Source: Phoronis australis
Taxonomy: Eukaryota > Animalia > Phoronida
Length of the DNA stretch: 64,000 bases
NCBI GenBank assembly: GCA_002633005.1
Contig: NMRA01000415.1
Coordinates: 283,161 to 347,160 of the forward strand
Reading direction: 5' to 3'
A program made the position numbers and the translations under genes. Shown piece by piece: positions 52,060-64,000 of the stretch (position 1 is its first letter; each line of letters opens with the position of its first letter). The notes under the pieces were generated by a model. That model was not told where the DNA came from and did no database searches. It was given only the letters and a program-made list of their open reading frames with translations.

Positions 52060-53250
52060 CTATGGCGCTGACGACAGAAGACGATGAACTTCCGACTGAT
52101 CCAAATGCAACTGTGACCCCTTGTGGAAATTTTAGTTCTTTGCTTTTACCTCAGTATCTTCAAATGTCCTCAGAGTTTTCATGAAATTTGGCACATAAGC
52201 ATCTAATAATAAAATGGTTCAACCTCTTGTTTTTGGATGGATTCAAGGTATTTTGAGCTATCTAAATATTACCGCTCTTAGTCTGTTTTTGGCTACCGCT
52301 CCTCTATCAGCCAAACCACTACATGTATAAGGATGGTTGTGAATATTGGCATGTACATTTGTGTTCTTAGTGTACAGAAGACAGGTGACTACTGTGGCGC
52401 CTCGTAGTGGCAGTTCTGTTTTTAGCGCCCATAGCTGTATCTCTAAAGCCCGCTGCAAGATCCGACGGATGCTGTGCCCCCTGGTGGCAACTTCATTTTC
52501 TCGTTTTTCATCTGCTTCTCTGAAATTTCCCGACACAATTTTATGGAAATTTGGCTAATAGGTATACGATAAACGAACGATTACATTTTCCCGTTTTTAA
52601 TGGAATCGACGTATTTTGCGCCATCTGATGGCCGTTTTTACTATTTTTAATCCGGTTTTTGGCTACTGCTTCTCTATTAACCAAACCATTATAAAGATGG
52701 TTGTGAAAATTGGCCTAGGTGATCTTACAGTGAATAGGACGGTTGACAATGCTTTCTCGACGACGTCGACTACTGTGGCGCCTTCTAATGTCAGTTCTGT
52801 TACATCTCCTACGCACATTACCGGATCTTTATTAAATTTAGCAAATGTATTTAAACGAAGTTGACAACGGGCCACGACAACTTTCACATGGAATCAGCGA
52901 ACGCTGTGTACCCTAGTGGCAATTTGATTTCTTTTTCATTTTCCTCTTTTTCTCTGAAGTTCCTTGATGGATTTTTTGAATTTTGGCAAGTATTTTTCTA
53001 TTAAACAAGTGATGACATGTTCCAATTTTCTGATGGGTTGGGCGTATTTTGCGCCATATAGTGGCCATTTTTACTGTTTTCTAGTCTGTTGTCCGCCCCT
53101 CTACCAACCAAACCATTCTAAGGATGATTGTGAAAATTAGCAAGCAGACGACGACTGGCGATGATTTTCCGACGACTTTGATAACTGTGGCATGACGATG
53201 ACGTTTACGGATGAATTCAAAGTATTTCACGCCATCTAGTGGCCATTTTA
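52060..53250. repeat. Three diverged ~370-430-bp tandem units
   Basis: ccaaacca...aaggatggttgtgaa(a/t)attggc recurs at ~52311, ~52681 and ~53108. actgtggcgcct and gtattttgcgccat also recur. Confidence 0.6.
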
Positions 53251-53364
53251 TGATACATATAAACACCCCTAGAAGAACTTACATGTAAACGTAGTAACCA
53301 TCAATTGAACTAGCTACGTCAGGAATCACCATCCACGTGCTTCTAAATCATATAATTAAAACCA

Positions 53365-53711
53365 GCCTCCCGTTCAGTAACGCTAGGACCTCGCTAAAAA
53401 GCAAGACTTCCCGAGATTACGTGAGATATTGCCATGTATTTTAAATGAGAACACATGGCTAGTATTTGTGATGTAACTGACCTTGATCAAATTCTAGATC
53501 AGGCGTGCGTTCAGTAGACGCTAAGACCTACATGTACGCTAGGACCTACATGTAGCTAGAACCTAGTCAAAATCACGTGTTCTCATTTAAAACACACGGC
53601 AATATGCCATGTAATCTCGCGAAGTCTTTCTTTTTAGCGAGGCCCTAGCGTTACTGAACGGGAGGCAGATCTAGATTTTGATCAAGCTCAGTTACAGCAC
53701 AAATACTAGCC
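53365..53711. mobile_element. Interleaved inverted-repeat MITE complex
   Basis: Pair 1 is 53365-53455 / 53575-53666. Pair 2 is 53457-53500 / 53668-53711. Relatives of arm 1 occur at ~11609-11680 and ~13902-14015. Confidence 0.65.
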
Positions 53712-53771
53712 GTACTCTGTAGTATTCTGAACCCCTCAAATCCAATTTGGCTTTTTCTTTTCCGTAATGGT

Positions 53772-53864
53772 ATGATATAACGTACCCGAATTTTGAGAAC
53801 CAGTTTTCCCCACTAAATAACAAGCATCGAACTGGTTCTCAAAATGCGGGCACGTTATATCACA
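53772..53864. repeat. ~35-bp-stem hairpin
   Basis: tgatataacgtacccgaattttgagaaccagtt ... aactggttctcaaaatgcgggcacgttatatca. Confidence 0.7.
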
Positions 53865-54761
53865 CGTTCTTTTCTGCTAAGTAAAGGTGTACGAACACGG
53901 GAGATAAGTCTATGTTGGAAGGCTAAAGCAGACTATGACTCACACAGACATGTCCAACTTAGAGGTCAATGAAGAATTATTAAATCTCACTTGATCAAAA
54001 ATGCTAGTACCTGAGGGCATACTCATCAGTGTTAGTTACTAGTAGACTACTTGTACTGTATAAATTATTTTAGGAATCTGACTTGCTCATAATTGCTACC
54101 CTGAAAGCTTTTAAGAAATCACTAGATTGGAAGGCAATACCAAATTTCTGTTCAAAGTTTCAAGTCACTTTTAATGGCAAAGACTGAAGGAGTCATCAAC
54201 AATTTACACGAAATGTATCCATAGACAAGCATGTTTGTAAGGTCGTGCAGCAGGAGAGACGAAGTTGAAAATAAAAGCTGTTCGAGTTCTGCGATTGGAC
54301 CCCACACTGAGGTAGTTATAACAATAAGCTTATGGGTACCACAGAATGTTGTTTTCAAATTTTATTTGATTTAATTACCCTCGTGTACAGTTTGACACCA
54401 AGCATGCTAATTTAGCATAATTTCAATTGCTTGAGGTCAGTAATAACTTTGGAAGGTTCTGGTAATCAGAGTTTCAGAAGAGGTCGACTTCTCTCCAGTT
54501 CGGCGAATGTTCCGTAGCAAAAACGCAAGATCATACAAGTTTTGAAATATCAAAATGAACTGGAAGCGAAGCACATGCCCAGACCAGCGTTATTTGCGAG
54601 ATTCGTGAGTCTACAGAACTCAACCCGTGTTAATGCGTAGGTTATCTCATTTTTATCTCAATTTAAAGACAAGAACATTCCCGAGTGACTGAATCATTAC
54701 GCCATTGATTGTAATATGGTTGACTCCTACATCAAGCATGCATTTCGGTACCACATGCGGT

Positions 54762-57700
54762 CTACGAATCGGTCATGTCGAGTATTCCTCTTCCGGTGAC
54801 TTTTCCTTTCTTCAGCAAGCCCAGTGCTTCAGTTGATTGTTCCAACTTGAAATACTGCAGAGGTGGTGGTTTGAGCTATGCAAAACAACAAGGAAAGAGT
54901 CACATTTTTGAAGCAAGCAACTTACATGTACGCATTTAATGGAATTTGCGTTCACTATTTGACTGGGCACCATCGCAGGCACACCAATGTCAGAATGAGA
55001 TGCAATAGCCCCCTCTATCTTCATCATTATCATTATCATTATCATTATCAAATACGTAATATTTAAAAACGCAAAGCAATCAACCCGAAACGCTCTTTAT
55101 TGATTCCTCAACCAACTACTGACCTGTTTCTCAGCTACAAGTTTCACAAGGTCGTTCAGCTGCAGGGGGTTTCCCACGTACACAGCCTGGACCCCTTGAG
55201 TTCGAAGAGTGAACTTCGGCAGAGGAATCTTGAGGCAGCCACCGAACAAGCCAACAGTCACTAATGTCCCACCCTGTAATTTCGAACACAAGGTTGAAAC
55301 AACACGGAGTGGACGTACATGTAGAAGGCCCTGTGATAAGAATTCAATGTCTAACATGTACGTACAACAGCGTTTAAAGTAAACTGGTTGACAACAGAGC
55401 ACGAGACCGCTATGAATGGATTTGTTCAGTAAGTTGCAGCGATTTCGACAACATGCCCGGCGCAACATTCTTCGAGATTTAATCGAGATTAAGTCTGAGT
55501 TGAAACGGATTTTAGTCGAGAAGAAATGGAATTTAGTTATGTTCGCAAAAACTCTGTACAACCTCGACGTTGTCCAGCTTATTTTTGAAAACTACTGCAT
55601 TTCAATAGACATGTGTGTTATCATTCAGAAACACGCAGTCAGGACACTGGGCCGAACATACTCTCCTTCCCCCCTCTGTCGCTCTTCGGCTACACCGGAA
55701 TTATAGACCCGCAATTCATGGACTAAGTTCTAGAGCAATTCTTAATAAACCTTTGCTGTGTTGACACCATGGACGGCGATTTTAAACGGAGTCCATACAT
55801 TAAGTTTCGTAAAAGCTGGTTAATCACTTCATTTGATTTCGGACCTTGTTGTCCAGAGATGGCGGTCCTTCCCAACAGTCACCTATTTATCCTCCAAGTC
55901 GTTAGTCACGGTTTCCGATTTAGTTGACTCTGAAAGGAGTTTCTCCCGGGGTTAGCAAGAGCTCTGTCTGCTTTCAAAGATTTTAGTAGCCCCGTCAAAA
56001 TTAGTATCTGTTCATTGCCAGCAACCTGGTGTAGAGAGTCTTTTAGAAAAATGCCTTGCTAGATGCAATATTTGCTGGTTGAAAAATGCACCAGCAGTTG
56101 TATTTTGTATACTACTCACATGATTTAAAGAGTTGAGAGCCCTGTTGGTTGTTTCTCCCATGTTGACCAGATCGATGGCGCCGTCCAGGCCTCCTCCACC
56201 TGAAGCTTTAGTTCGTTCCAGAAGTGTCGCCTCGTCGCCTGGATTCATATAACAGTGGTCAATGTTATGCTCACAGCTCAGACTCTGGACTTGTGTTAAT
56301 TGCTTTTTTGAGACACTCTAAGACTTACAAGAGCAACTAGAAACGTACATGCATGCCATGTATATCAAACCAACTAGGCCCTATCTTCCGGTTAGTACAT
56401 GTCGTTTGGTGGCAAAACACACCTTAACTGAGCAAGAAATGGACAGACAGACCCCGTGAGAACCAAATCTGTGTGCCTGTGGGCCAATGTGCAACTGTTT
56501 TTCAGGATGGAATTGTCGTCATCGTCACATCAGGCTTTTCGTTTGTCTAGATAGCATGGGAAGTCCGTAGTCACCTGGAATTCTTTTAAAATTCAACCCA
56601 GCTACTGAAGCAAGAATTGAGTCCTGTTACATGTTCAAGATCCCTGCAAACCAGTTTTATGCGTGCGATCCCAAGCCAAGGTGTTATAGTAGATGTCAGA
56701 ATTATCGGCAAAGACCCACGTCCCGAAAAACGGGGCAACTATCTCCGGCCCTAGTGAGCCAAAGAGTTTCAAGAATAGTTTATACTTAGCTACACGTACA
56801 TCTATGCTTGCTACCCAATACGTTGTCTACAGGGCACTGCAACTTAGTATGGCATCTATATATCGCAGGCCCCATGACAAGCACAAACTGCCTCATATGT
56901 GACAAGGAAGCCCCCACTCCTCCACCAAATGCTACGGGGTTTCTTTTACTTAAAAAACATAACCGCATGGATTGGAATATTGTCTCCGTGTTGAGGCATT
57001 TTCTTGAGTTGTAATCACCGAGGTGTGTCAGCGAGGAGACTTTCCTAATGTCTACGTTATATTCATAACGCTTCACCTTTACCGTTGTGTCGGTCCTAAG
57101 CGAAGATACAATCCCCCTATTATCTCGTCAGTGACGAGCATTTTAGAATCGGGCAATGAAGAGAAAAGAGTCACACGTGACATACTCGACAAGTCCCACA
57201 GGCACACGTCATCTGCTCCTGCTTCCTTGGCGTACTTCAGTTTTTCATCCTGAAAATAAATGAATGGTACATTACTGGAGATAACAGGGTCAATCACTGG
57301 GTCAATTGTAACACACGTCTATTAGCTTTGGTTTGGTTAAGCGAACCAAAAAGTCATTTTCGGCTAATAATCGAAGAAATGGCATATCATGACAGAAATG
57401 GAAACATACGCCCTCTACCGTAAGGCTACGTGTATATAAATTGGGTAAAGAGTTCCATGATGTGTCTCGTCTCACAAATGCCTGCTTTAACTGTCATTTG
57501 CTTTCTTGTCAAAAAAAACAAAACAAAACCGACGAAAACGAACCAAAAAGAAACCAAAAATGTGCTAACCGTTTACGGTACCACTTACAATTATTACTCC
57601 ACAATTGGAGATGTACATGTAGTTGAAATGAAGGTACATTGCACGCACACGTTTGTCAATATCAGTAATAAAATAATCTTTCATGAATGGATCACGGCAA

Positions 57701-60700
57701 AATATCGGATGTTGCATACATGTATATGCATCCTGTAGGATATTTGACTAAACTTAGTATCATATTAACCAGTTAGTTCACAGACAAATGGTAAGATTGT
57801 ATCTTTCGATACTAACCGAGATGTCCGCCACTATGACTTTGCAGGTCGGCGGCAGAACCGCCTTGCCAATCTGTGTGCACCACAGTCCCAGACCTCCCGC
57901 TCCAATGATCAGCAAGGTGGCGCTGCCCTTTAGACGCACCATCTTCTCAATGGTGGGTCTAATGGCAGCGATTGCGTGGTAGGTGGTGAGACCACTACAC
58001 GGCAGCATGGTGGCAGTCGACAGGGGGATACTGTCAGGTACCTTGACAGCGTACTGGCGTTGAGGAACAGGTACGTAAGTAGCGAACCTTAAAATGAGAG
58101 TTCAGCGTTTGAAGAGCGCCATTCGGCTAAGGGTCATATGGATTTAAAATGAAGCCTGTACTGTACAGAAACTGACACAATTGTCTCTTCTACTTAAACG
58201 TACATGTACTCATAATCGAAGAATTGGTCAGAATAGCCATGAGCCTATAACCTACTTGGATGCCGCGATTATTAGACCTGGGAAGATTGATAATAATCAG
58301 TTTATATTCATCTATAATTCAAATAATATTTATGCATTCCTATGTGTTGAGTACTGCTACAAGAAACTGCACCTCTACAGCTGACACACCAGGAGATAAT
58401 AATATTAATATTAATACTGATAATACTAATCGTAATGCCAATGATACTGATATTGACAAATCGGTTTTTCTCACCAGGATTAAAGTTGAGCGCAATGAGA
58501 TGACGGAACGCTGCAAGTCGCAATAATCATTTAAGTTTCGAAGGGGGACCATTGTGTTCTGTTTTTGACTGTTTTTTAATCATCATCGTTATTTGGGTAA
58601 TAATTTCCATTAACATGTTGACATTTAGACTGCAGTGGGCACCAGACTGGGGAATGTATCACTGTGTATTGATTTAACATTTTGCAATTCGGGACCATTT
58701 GAAGTACCGTACAGTACCGGTTGATAAGACAACCAATCAAAATTAAGTGTGACAGCTAACAGTTGATAGTGGTGGCCATATTTGAGCAAGGGGATTGAAA
58801 CTTTGAGCGTGGTGGGCCAACCTCAAACGGTTTGGCAAGAAAGCTCCATTGCCAATGGCAATGATAGTAATGATAGTTTTTAGATTGCAACTATGCTGCG
58901 TTGCAGCCTAATTACCGAACGTCGTTGCATATTTGTTTTGCACAACAAAAAACAAACTTAGAGTTTTCAAGTAACCTAACCTAATATTTGTATACTGAAT
59001 CCACATTCGGGCCACAGAATCATTGGGGCTTACACCACTGGATTCAACCTGACGAACGCTCCCGGCTGGTAATGCAAGAGACATAAGATCACCAAAGACT
59101 TTTGGAGAAACCGCTATGCATTACAAGCGAAACGGAGTGATCACGCTGGATTCCTTCGCGAGATTCTTGCGTGTATGGCATTCAAGCCCGACAATGTTTT
59201 TGAGAGGTTTTTCTTCAAAAAGTATCTTCGAGCAGTCGGAAAGTACAATATTAAGTCACTCTGATTGTTTGCTGACGACCATACCCGCCTGGGGCACCCA
59301 TTCCGAGAGAGTTGTAGGCAGCGGGACACAGCTGAGGGTCCCCGTTGTTACACAGGCCGCAGTCCAGGCAGCCCAACCAGGGGAACACGATCACCTTGTC
59401 ACCAATCTTCAAGTCGGGGGCATCTAAAATGATAAACCATACACGTCCAAAACGTTGGTCATCTCGTAACGGCTTTGTGGGCTATTCTCTGTGTTACGTG
59501 ACACGGTGAATTGTGATACATGTAACTTGTATTCACTTTACGCAGGACTCTGTACTAAGTCGTTGTTTTGTTATGAAGAGGTATGTTTTAGCAGGAAATT
59601 GCATTTTATAACTAACATTTATAAAGATATTGTAACATATGCCACAGTATCGAAAAAATCCATTTCGCTTGAAGTAACCATAGTGCAAGCAAAATCGGTA
59701 CTGGCACAGTAGTATCAATGAATACGGAGCTTCATAAAGTTATCCATTAGGCAACAGTTCCTGGCCACACGATTTTGTAACAACCGCTTGTATTGTAAAA
59801 GTGCGCACACCGTCTGGGCGCCAGTTCTGTGCATTTCTCGTAAAATCCATCCAAAGACCATGACCTTTTTGTTTCTGTTAAAGTCTACCGCGTAGTCTAC
59901 ATGTACGTGTACGATACGGTGACCGGAGCACCTAATGATAGTTTCACTCAATGGCTATTAACCTCGTTTCTAAATTTAAGAATGCACAAACAGTAAATGA
60001 CTGCCCCGGTGCCATCCTGGCATTGTCTGCCCTTCACTTGCCACTTGCAGAAACAGAATTAAACACTGTGCACAGAAAAATGTGACCAACACGAACGTGC
60101 CGCGTAGATATCTATGGCCACCATGTACTGTGCCCTCGGAGAGTAGAGGTTTTTCACCGATTGGGTACGGGTATGCACAATGTACATGTACATGCTTAAT
60201 AAACAAGATCGCTCTTTGCAGGAAAAAATTACATTAGAGACCACTTTTACAATAAAACCTAAATCCAGGGTATGTCTTACAAAACATGACCTTCGATAGA
60301 ACAGTACGTTCTATGATAACATGTTTATGGCAACGATTAAGCGAAACTAGTTAGGCGATTATCCTATTCATGAGAGTACAGTAGGTCTGCAGTTGCTCGA
60401 CTCGTAAAGTAAGGTAGACTCAACAAAAACTGACATCGTCGTAGGCAGCGAGTGTGGTATACTTACATGTACATGTATTTGCAGCATCACAGGTGAAATG
60501 TTTGAGGCGATTAGGGGGGCGACTAAAATGGGAAGTACAAGGGGCAAGAGTTTGAATTTGTCAACTTTGTCAGTCTCCCAATAACTTGTATCTACCAACT
60601 TGCTTGTGCACTATTCTCACCTCTCACGTGACTGCCATCATATAAACAATTCTTACGCACGCACCATGCGCCAACAACAAATCGTATCGGTGACTGTTGC

Positions 60701-63483
60701 ACGCCACACAGTTTTTTCCTTTGTTTCCACAATTTTGGACCATACGCCCCAGAGTCGCGTCAATCGAACTACATCATTGATAAATCAATATTTCATAGGT
60801 AATGTCTTTCTATACGCTTGCGGTTTTTACCAAAATTTCGTCTTAAGTTCAGTGCCGTTAAACTTAGGCTGTTTTCTTGGTACACCAAAACACATACATG
60901 TAAAAAACTGAATCTGCTCAAGAGTTTCATTATGAAACTTATCATTGGTGACGCCATGCAGCGACTTTGACCTAAAGAAGCCTACATGTATTTTACAATA
61001 GGCAAATACATGTATATTCTGATATGCAAAAGTCTATTCTGCGACATAACAACAGCACGTAAATTTTGAAATGCACAGAAAAAAACGGAGTTCATCGCTC
61101 TCCATTCACACATTTGAAGCGCGGCTAGAAAAGTGCACATCAATATAGTTTATTTGATGACTAATTTGCAAACAATCGTTTGAATCGTTGAATAATTCAA
61201 GAATATTTACTTACTTGGCCCGGGGTCAGTGCCTAGGGAATGAACGATACCAGAAATCTCGTGACCTGTGAGAAATGGAACAGAGAGGCTTTGAACATGT
61301 GGAATCGAAACATGCATGAACCTCAGGTACCAACATAGTAACTAATGGCATAGTTCAATAACAGCAGGTGTTCACGCAACGTTCACCAACCACTGTTTCT
61401 AGGGTAACGCCTTATCCGGTGATCAAATTCATCGTAAGAAGGCATGGCTAAACATTCGATTGAAAGGCTAGTGTTTCGCTTAGTGTACAGTGCCGGGTTC
61501 CTCGAAACAGTTCCAAGTAGGCACTCAACTAAGTTCCTTAAATTTTGTGCCTATTTGGGTCTTTGTTAACTCACCGATTTAATGTTTCGTGTATCATTTC
61601 ATCTTTATAATGATCTGCTCTTTGACTAAAGACATTTTCTAATAACATAACTAAAAAGTGAGCCCTGAATTCAATGGAAATCAATAGGGACTTAGGCCTT
61701 AATTTAGGGGCGTTGCATGAAAAGATCCATACACATACAGTGTACATAATATTGAGAATTCAACGTCGAGTTCACTCTCGATTTGCATCAAAGCCAAAAG
61801 ATGACTTAGTAATGAAGCACAACAACAGCATGATAAAGTACAATCAGTGTTTTCACAAGTCCGCAAATACATGTAAGCAGTGGATTTAAGGAACTTATAG
61901 TTGAGTGCCTATTTGTGACTGTTTCATACAGCCGGCCACTGGACACCTTACTAGCTTAACAGTGAATTGGCGGCCACTGGTGTGATTTGTCGCCGAGGTC
62001 GGAATGTTGAATTATGGTATAAATATCATAAATTATGGGATAAAATCCACTCATTCCGTATCATAAGCCAGAGTTTTCGACGTAAACGTAAGCTAATGTC
62101 TTGGGTCTAAGGAACGTCACTCCTTTGTTCTAACAAGATCACAGCGCCGGGTTGCATCAGACAGTATCACCTGATTCTCAAGTAAAAGTACATGTAAACC
62201 CCCTAAATTTTCAGCGTAATTGGAGACTTTGTTTACTTATCGCTGTTATATGACATCACTTTGCATTCATTATACATTTGTAAGCTACTCTTTTAGTATT
62301 GGCATTTTCTTATGATAAATTTGAAAACTGGGCTGATGTTTTAATAAAAGTAAATTGAGATTAAGTCCTTCAATTAGGGGCGTTGCATTAAAAGTTAATA
62401 TTGATTTCGAGTAATATTAAGAATTCAAGGTACATAGTTTACTACCGGTCTGACTATCAAATCTAAAACTTGACGTGGCAATGGAGATGAAATGGAAGAC
62501 GAAAAGACAAGCAATGTATGCGCAGAGTTCACAAAAGTACTGAATATTCGGGCAACATACTGTAGTTGGGCACTTATTGGGATTGGTAAATGCAACAGTC
62601 AACTCATGTTTAAATTTAAAATAAAGGCACACCTTTGCACAAGCTGACAGATGCATTTAGGGAAGCAACCGAATGCCTTAATGAACCATTCGCATTGCTT
62701 ATCCTGTCTCCTCATACCGTTGTTATTTCCGATAAACGTGGTAAAATCTTTTACAAAGAACCCTTACAAGCAACAGGTGATGACGCAAATTTTAAAATAC
62801 TTCTTCAGTGTGCCTTACGCAAGAAAATATGTGCCGTCGAACGCTTAAACAGGAAGCAGCAAAATATAATACGGGCACTCTTAGCGGCAACAGTGAGTTC
62901 TGTTCTCGTTCTGTTTAATTAGCGTGACCAGAGTGAAGCAAAAACAAATCTAACACTCAAACTAAACGGAACTGATAAGTCATACATCGACACGAATCAT
63001 CATCTTGATCCGAGTTTAAAGACTTTCTACTGCAGTTAGTGACAATACAGTGGGCCTAGCCTAAAAATTATCAATCAAAGAGTAATGACCCTAACTTGTT
63101 CATGGAAAAATGAGGCCTTGTAAAACCCAGCCCAGCTTCAATTCCGAACAATTCAAAACCAACCAAAATGGTAAAAAACACAATGATTTAGCAACTATAA
63201 AGCACCAGTACACGGCATCATGCACCTACATTACGTCTACTCCTCGTTAATAGACTTTCATGCTGATATCGATGCCACAAACCATGTTGCGCGTTGTAAT
63301 TCGTAGACCCCGATACATGGGCTGACCAATGTAAATTTCGAAAGCTTTTGGAGTATCCTTACCAGGGACAATGGGAAAGTTGTAGTTAGGGTTGTCACTC
63401 AAATGCTCAACCACGCCCTCTCCCATGCCAAGTTCGTCATCCCACACATGAACGTCCGTGTGACAAATTCCGGAATACTGCGT
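54762..63483 (-). CDS. Zn-dependent medium-chain alcohol dehydrogenase (6-hydroxyhexanoate dehydrogenase-like), 5'-incomplete
   Basis: Exons in transcript order: 63363-63483, 61215-61265, 59285-59423, 57817-58087, 57186-57249, 56120-56238, 55124-55273, 54762-54875, all phases consistent. Motifs: GICHTD, GHE, structural Zn CLDCGLC...C, LPCSGLT, GAGGLG, GGTLVTVGLFGG, GKVTGRGIL...*. Confidence 0.92.
55021..55050. repeat. (TCATTA)n microsatellite in the last ADH intron
   Basis: tcatcattatcattatcattatcattatca. Confidence 0.8.
61483..61946. mobile_element. MITE with ~60-bp imperfect TIRs in an ADH intron
   Basis: gtgtacagtgccgg...gaaacagttccaagtaggcactcaactaagttccttaaat pairs with atttaaggaacttatagttgagtgcctatttgtgactgtttc...ccggccactggacac. 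Confidence 0.65.
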
Positions 63484-64000
63484 CTGGAAAGGCACGTAAG
63501 ATCATGTAATACAGGAATACAGTGTACATATGTATAGCCCTGTTCCACATACAATCCTTTTCTACATAGATACAATAATTCCATCTATAAGTATTCCAGT
63601 GGTGTGCATTTTCACACTAAATTTGCATTGCCTTCAGATATAGTCTTTCGACCGGGTGGTAATGTTGCACTCAGAGATGTGTATCATTTCACCCAGTTGG
63701 AAAAGATTTCCAATCAGGACTAAAACATTTCTCCTCCGTCATTAGAAGTATCAGATTGTTACAAAGAACAGACACGATACTTGACTTGTGGCGAGATGAA
63801 AATGGCAGCCATATTGCCAATAAAGCTACTGAACTTTTCATACAATACTAACGGATATGAGATTTCCAAACCAACAAGTCTGAATTGTAGTCACTTTAAC
63901 GTCGTAACTTGCCGTTTGCTCAGGATCTGCTTGTATAAACTGGACCAGCACCCAGTTGCATAAAAGTTAACCGCCGTATAACAATAATGACGTCGCGTTA

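Overview
Intron-rich animal genomic DNA, probably a marine invertebrate (frequent TACATGTA words, many non-autonomous DNA-transposon relics). It has one 222-N gap and five single-N scaffold joins. Five spliced genes were reconstructed by hand from GT-AG boundaries and phase continuity. (1) A complete 13-exon ODAD3/CCDC151-like ciliary docking-complex gene (minus, 590-9738). (2) POLR1H/RPA12 (plus, 16721-18984). (3) A Cys-rich, furin-like-repeat single-pass membrane protein with an acidic dileucine tail (minus, 26238-29757; 5' exon not found). (4) A gene whose N-terminal TIR domain appears spliced to a two-TM, TMEM268/DUF4481-like module (plus, 37619-49830; first exons duplicated at 33834-35199). 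(5) A Zn-dependent MDR alcohol dehydrogenase of the 6-hydroxyhexanoate-dehydrogenase-like type (minus, 54762-63483; 5' end not found). The most interesting candidates are the TIR-TMEM268-like fusion lying head-to-head with the Cys-rich receptor, and a ~2.75-kb long-inverted-repeat element that carries a decayed intron+exon fragment of that gene and a tRNA-like Pol III promoter. Four tandem duplications join at single Ns and are probably two haplotypes assembled side by side. No database searches were run; family assignments come from motif recognition.
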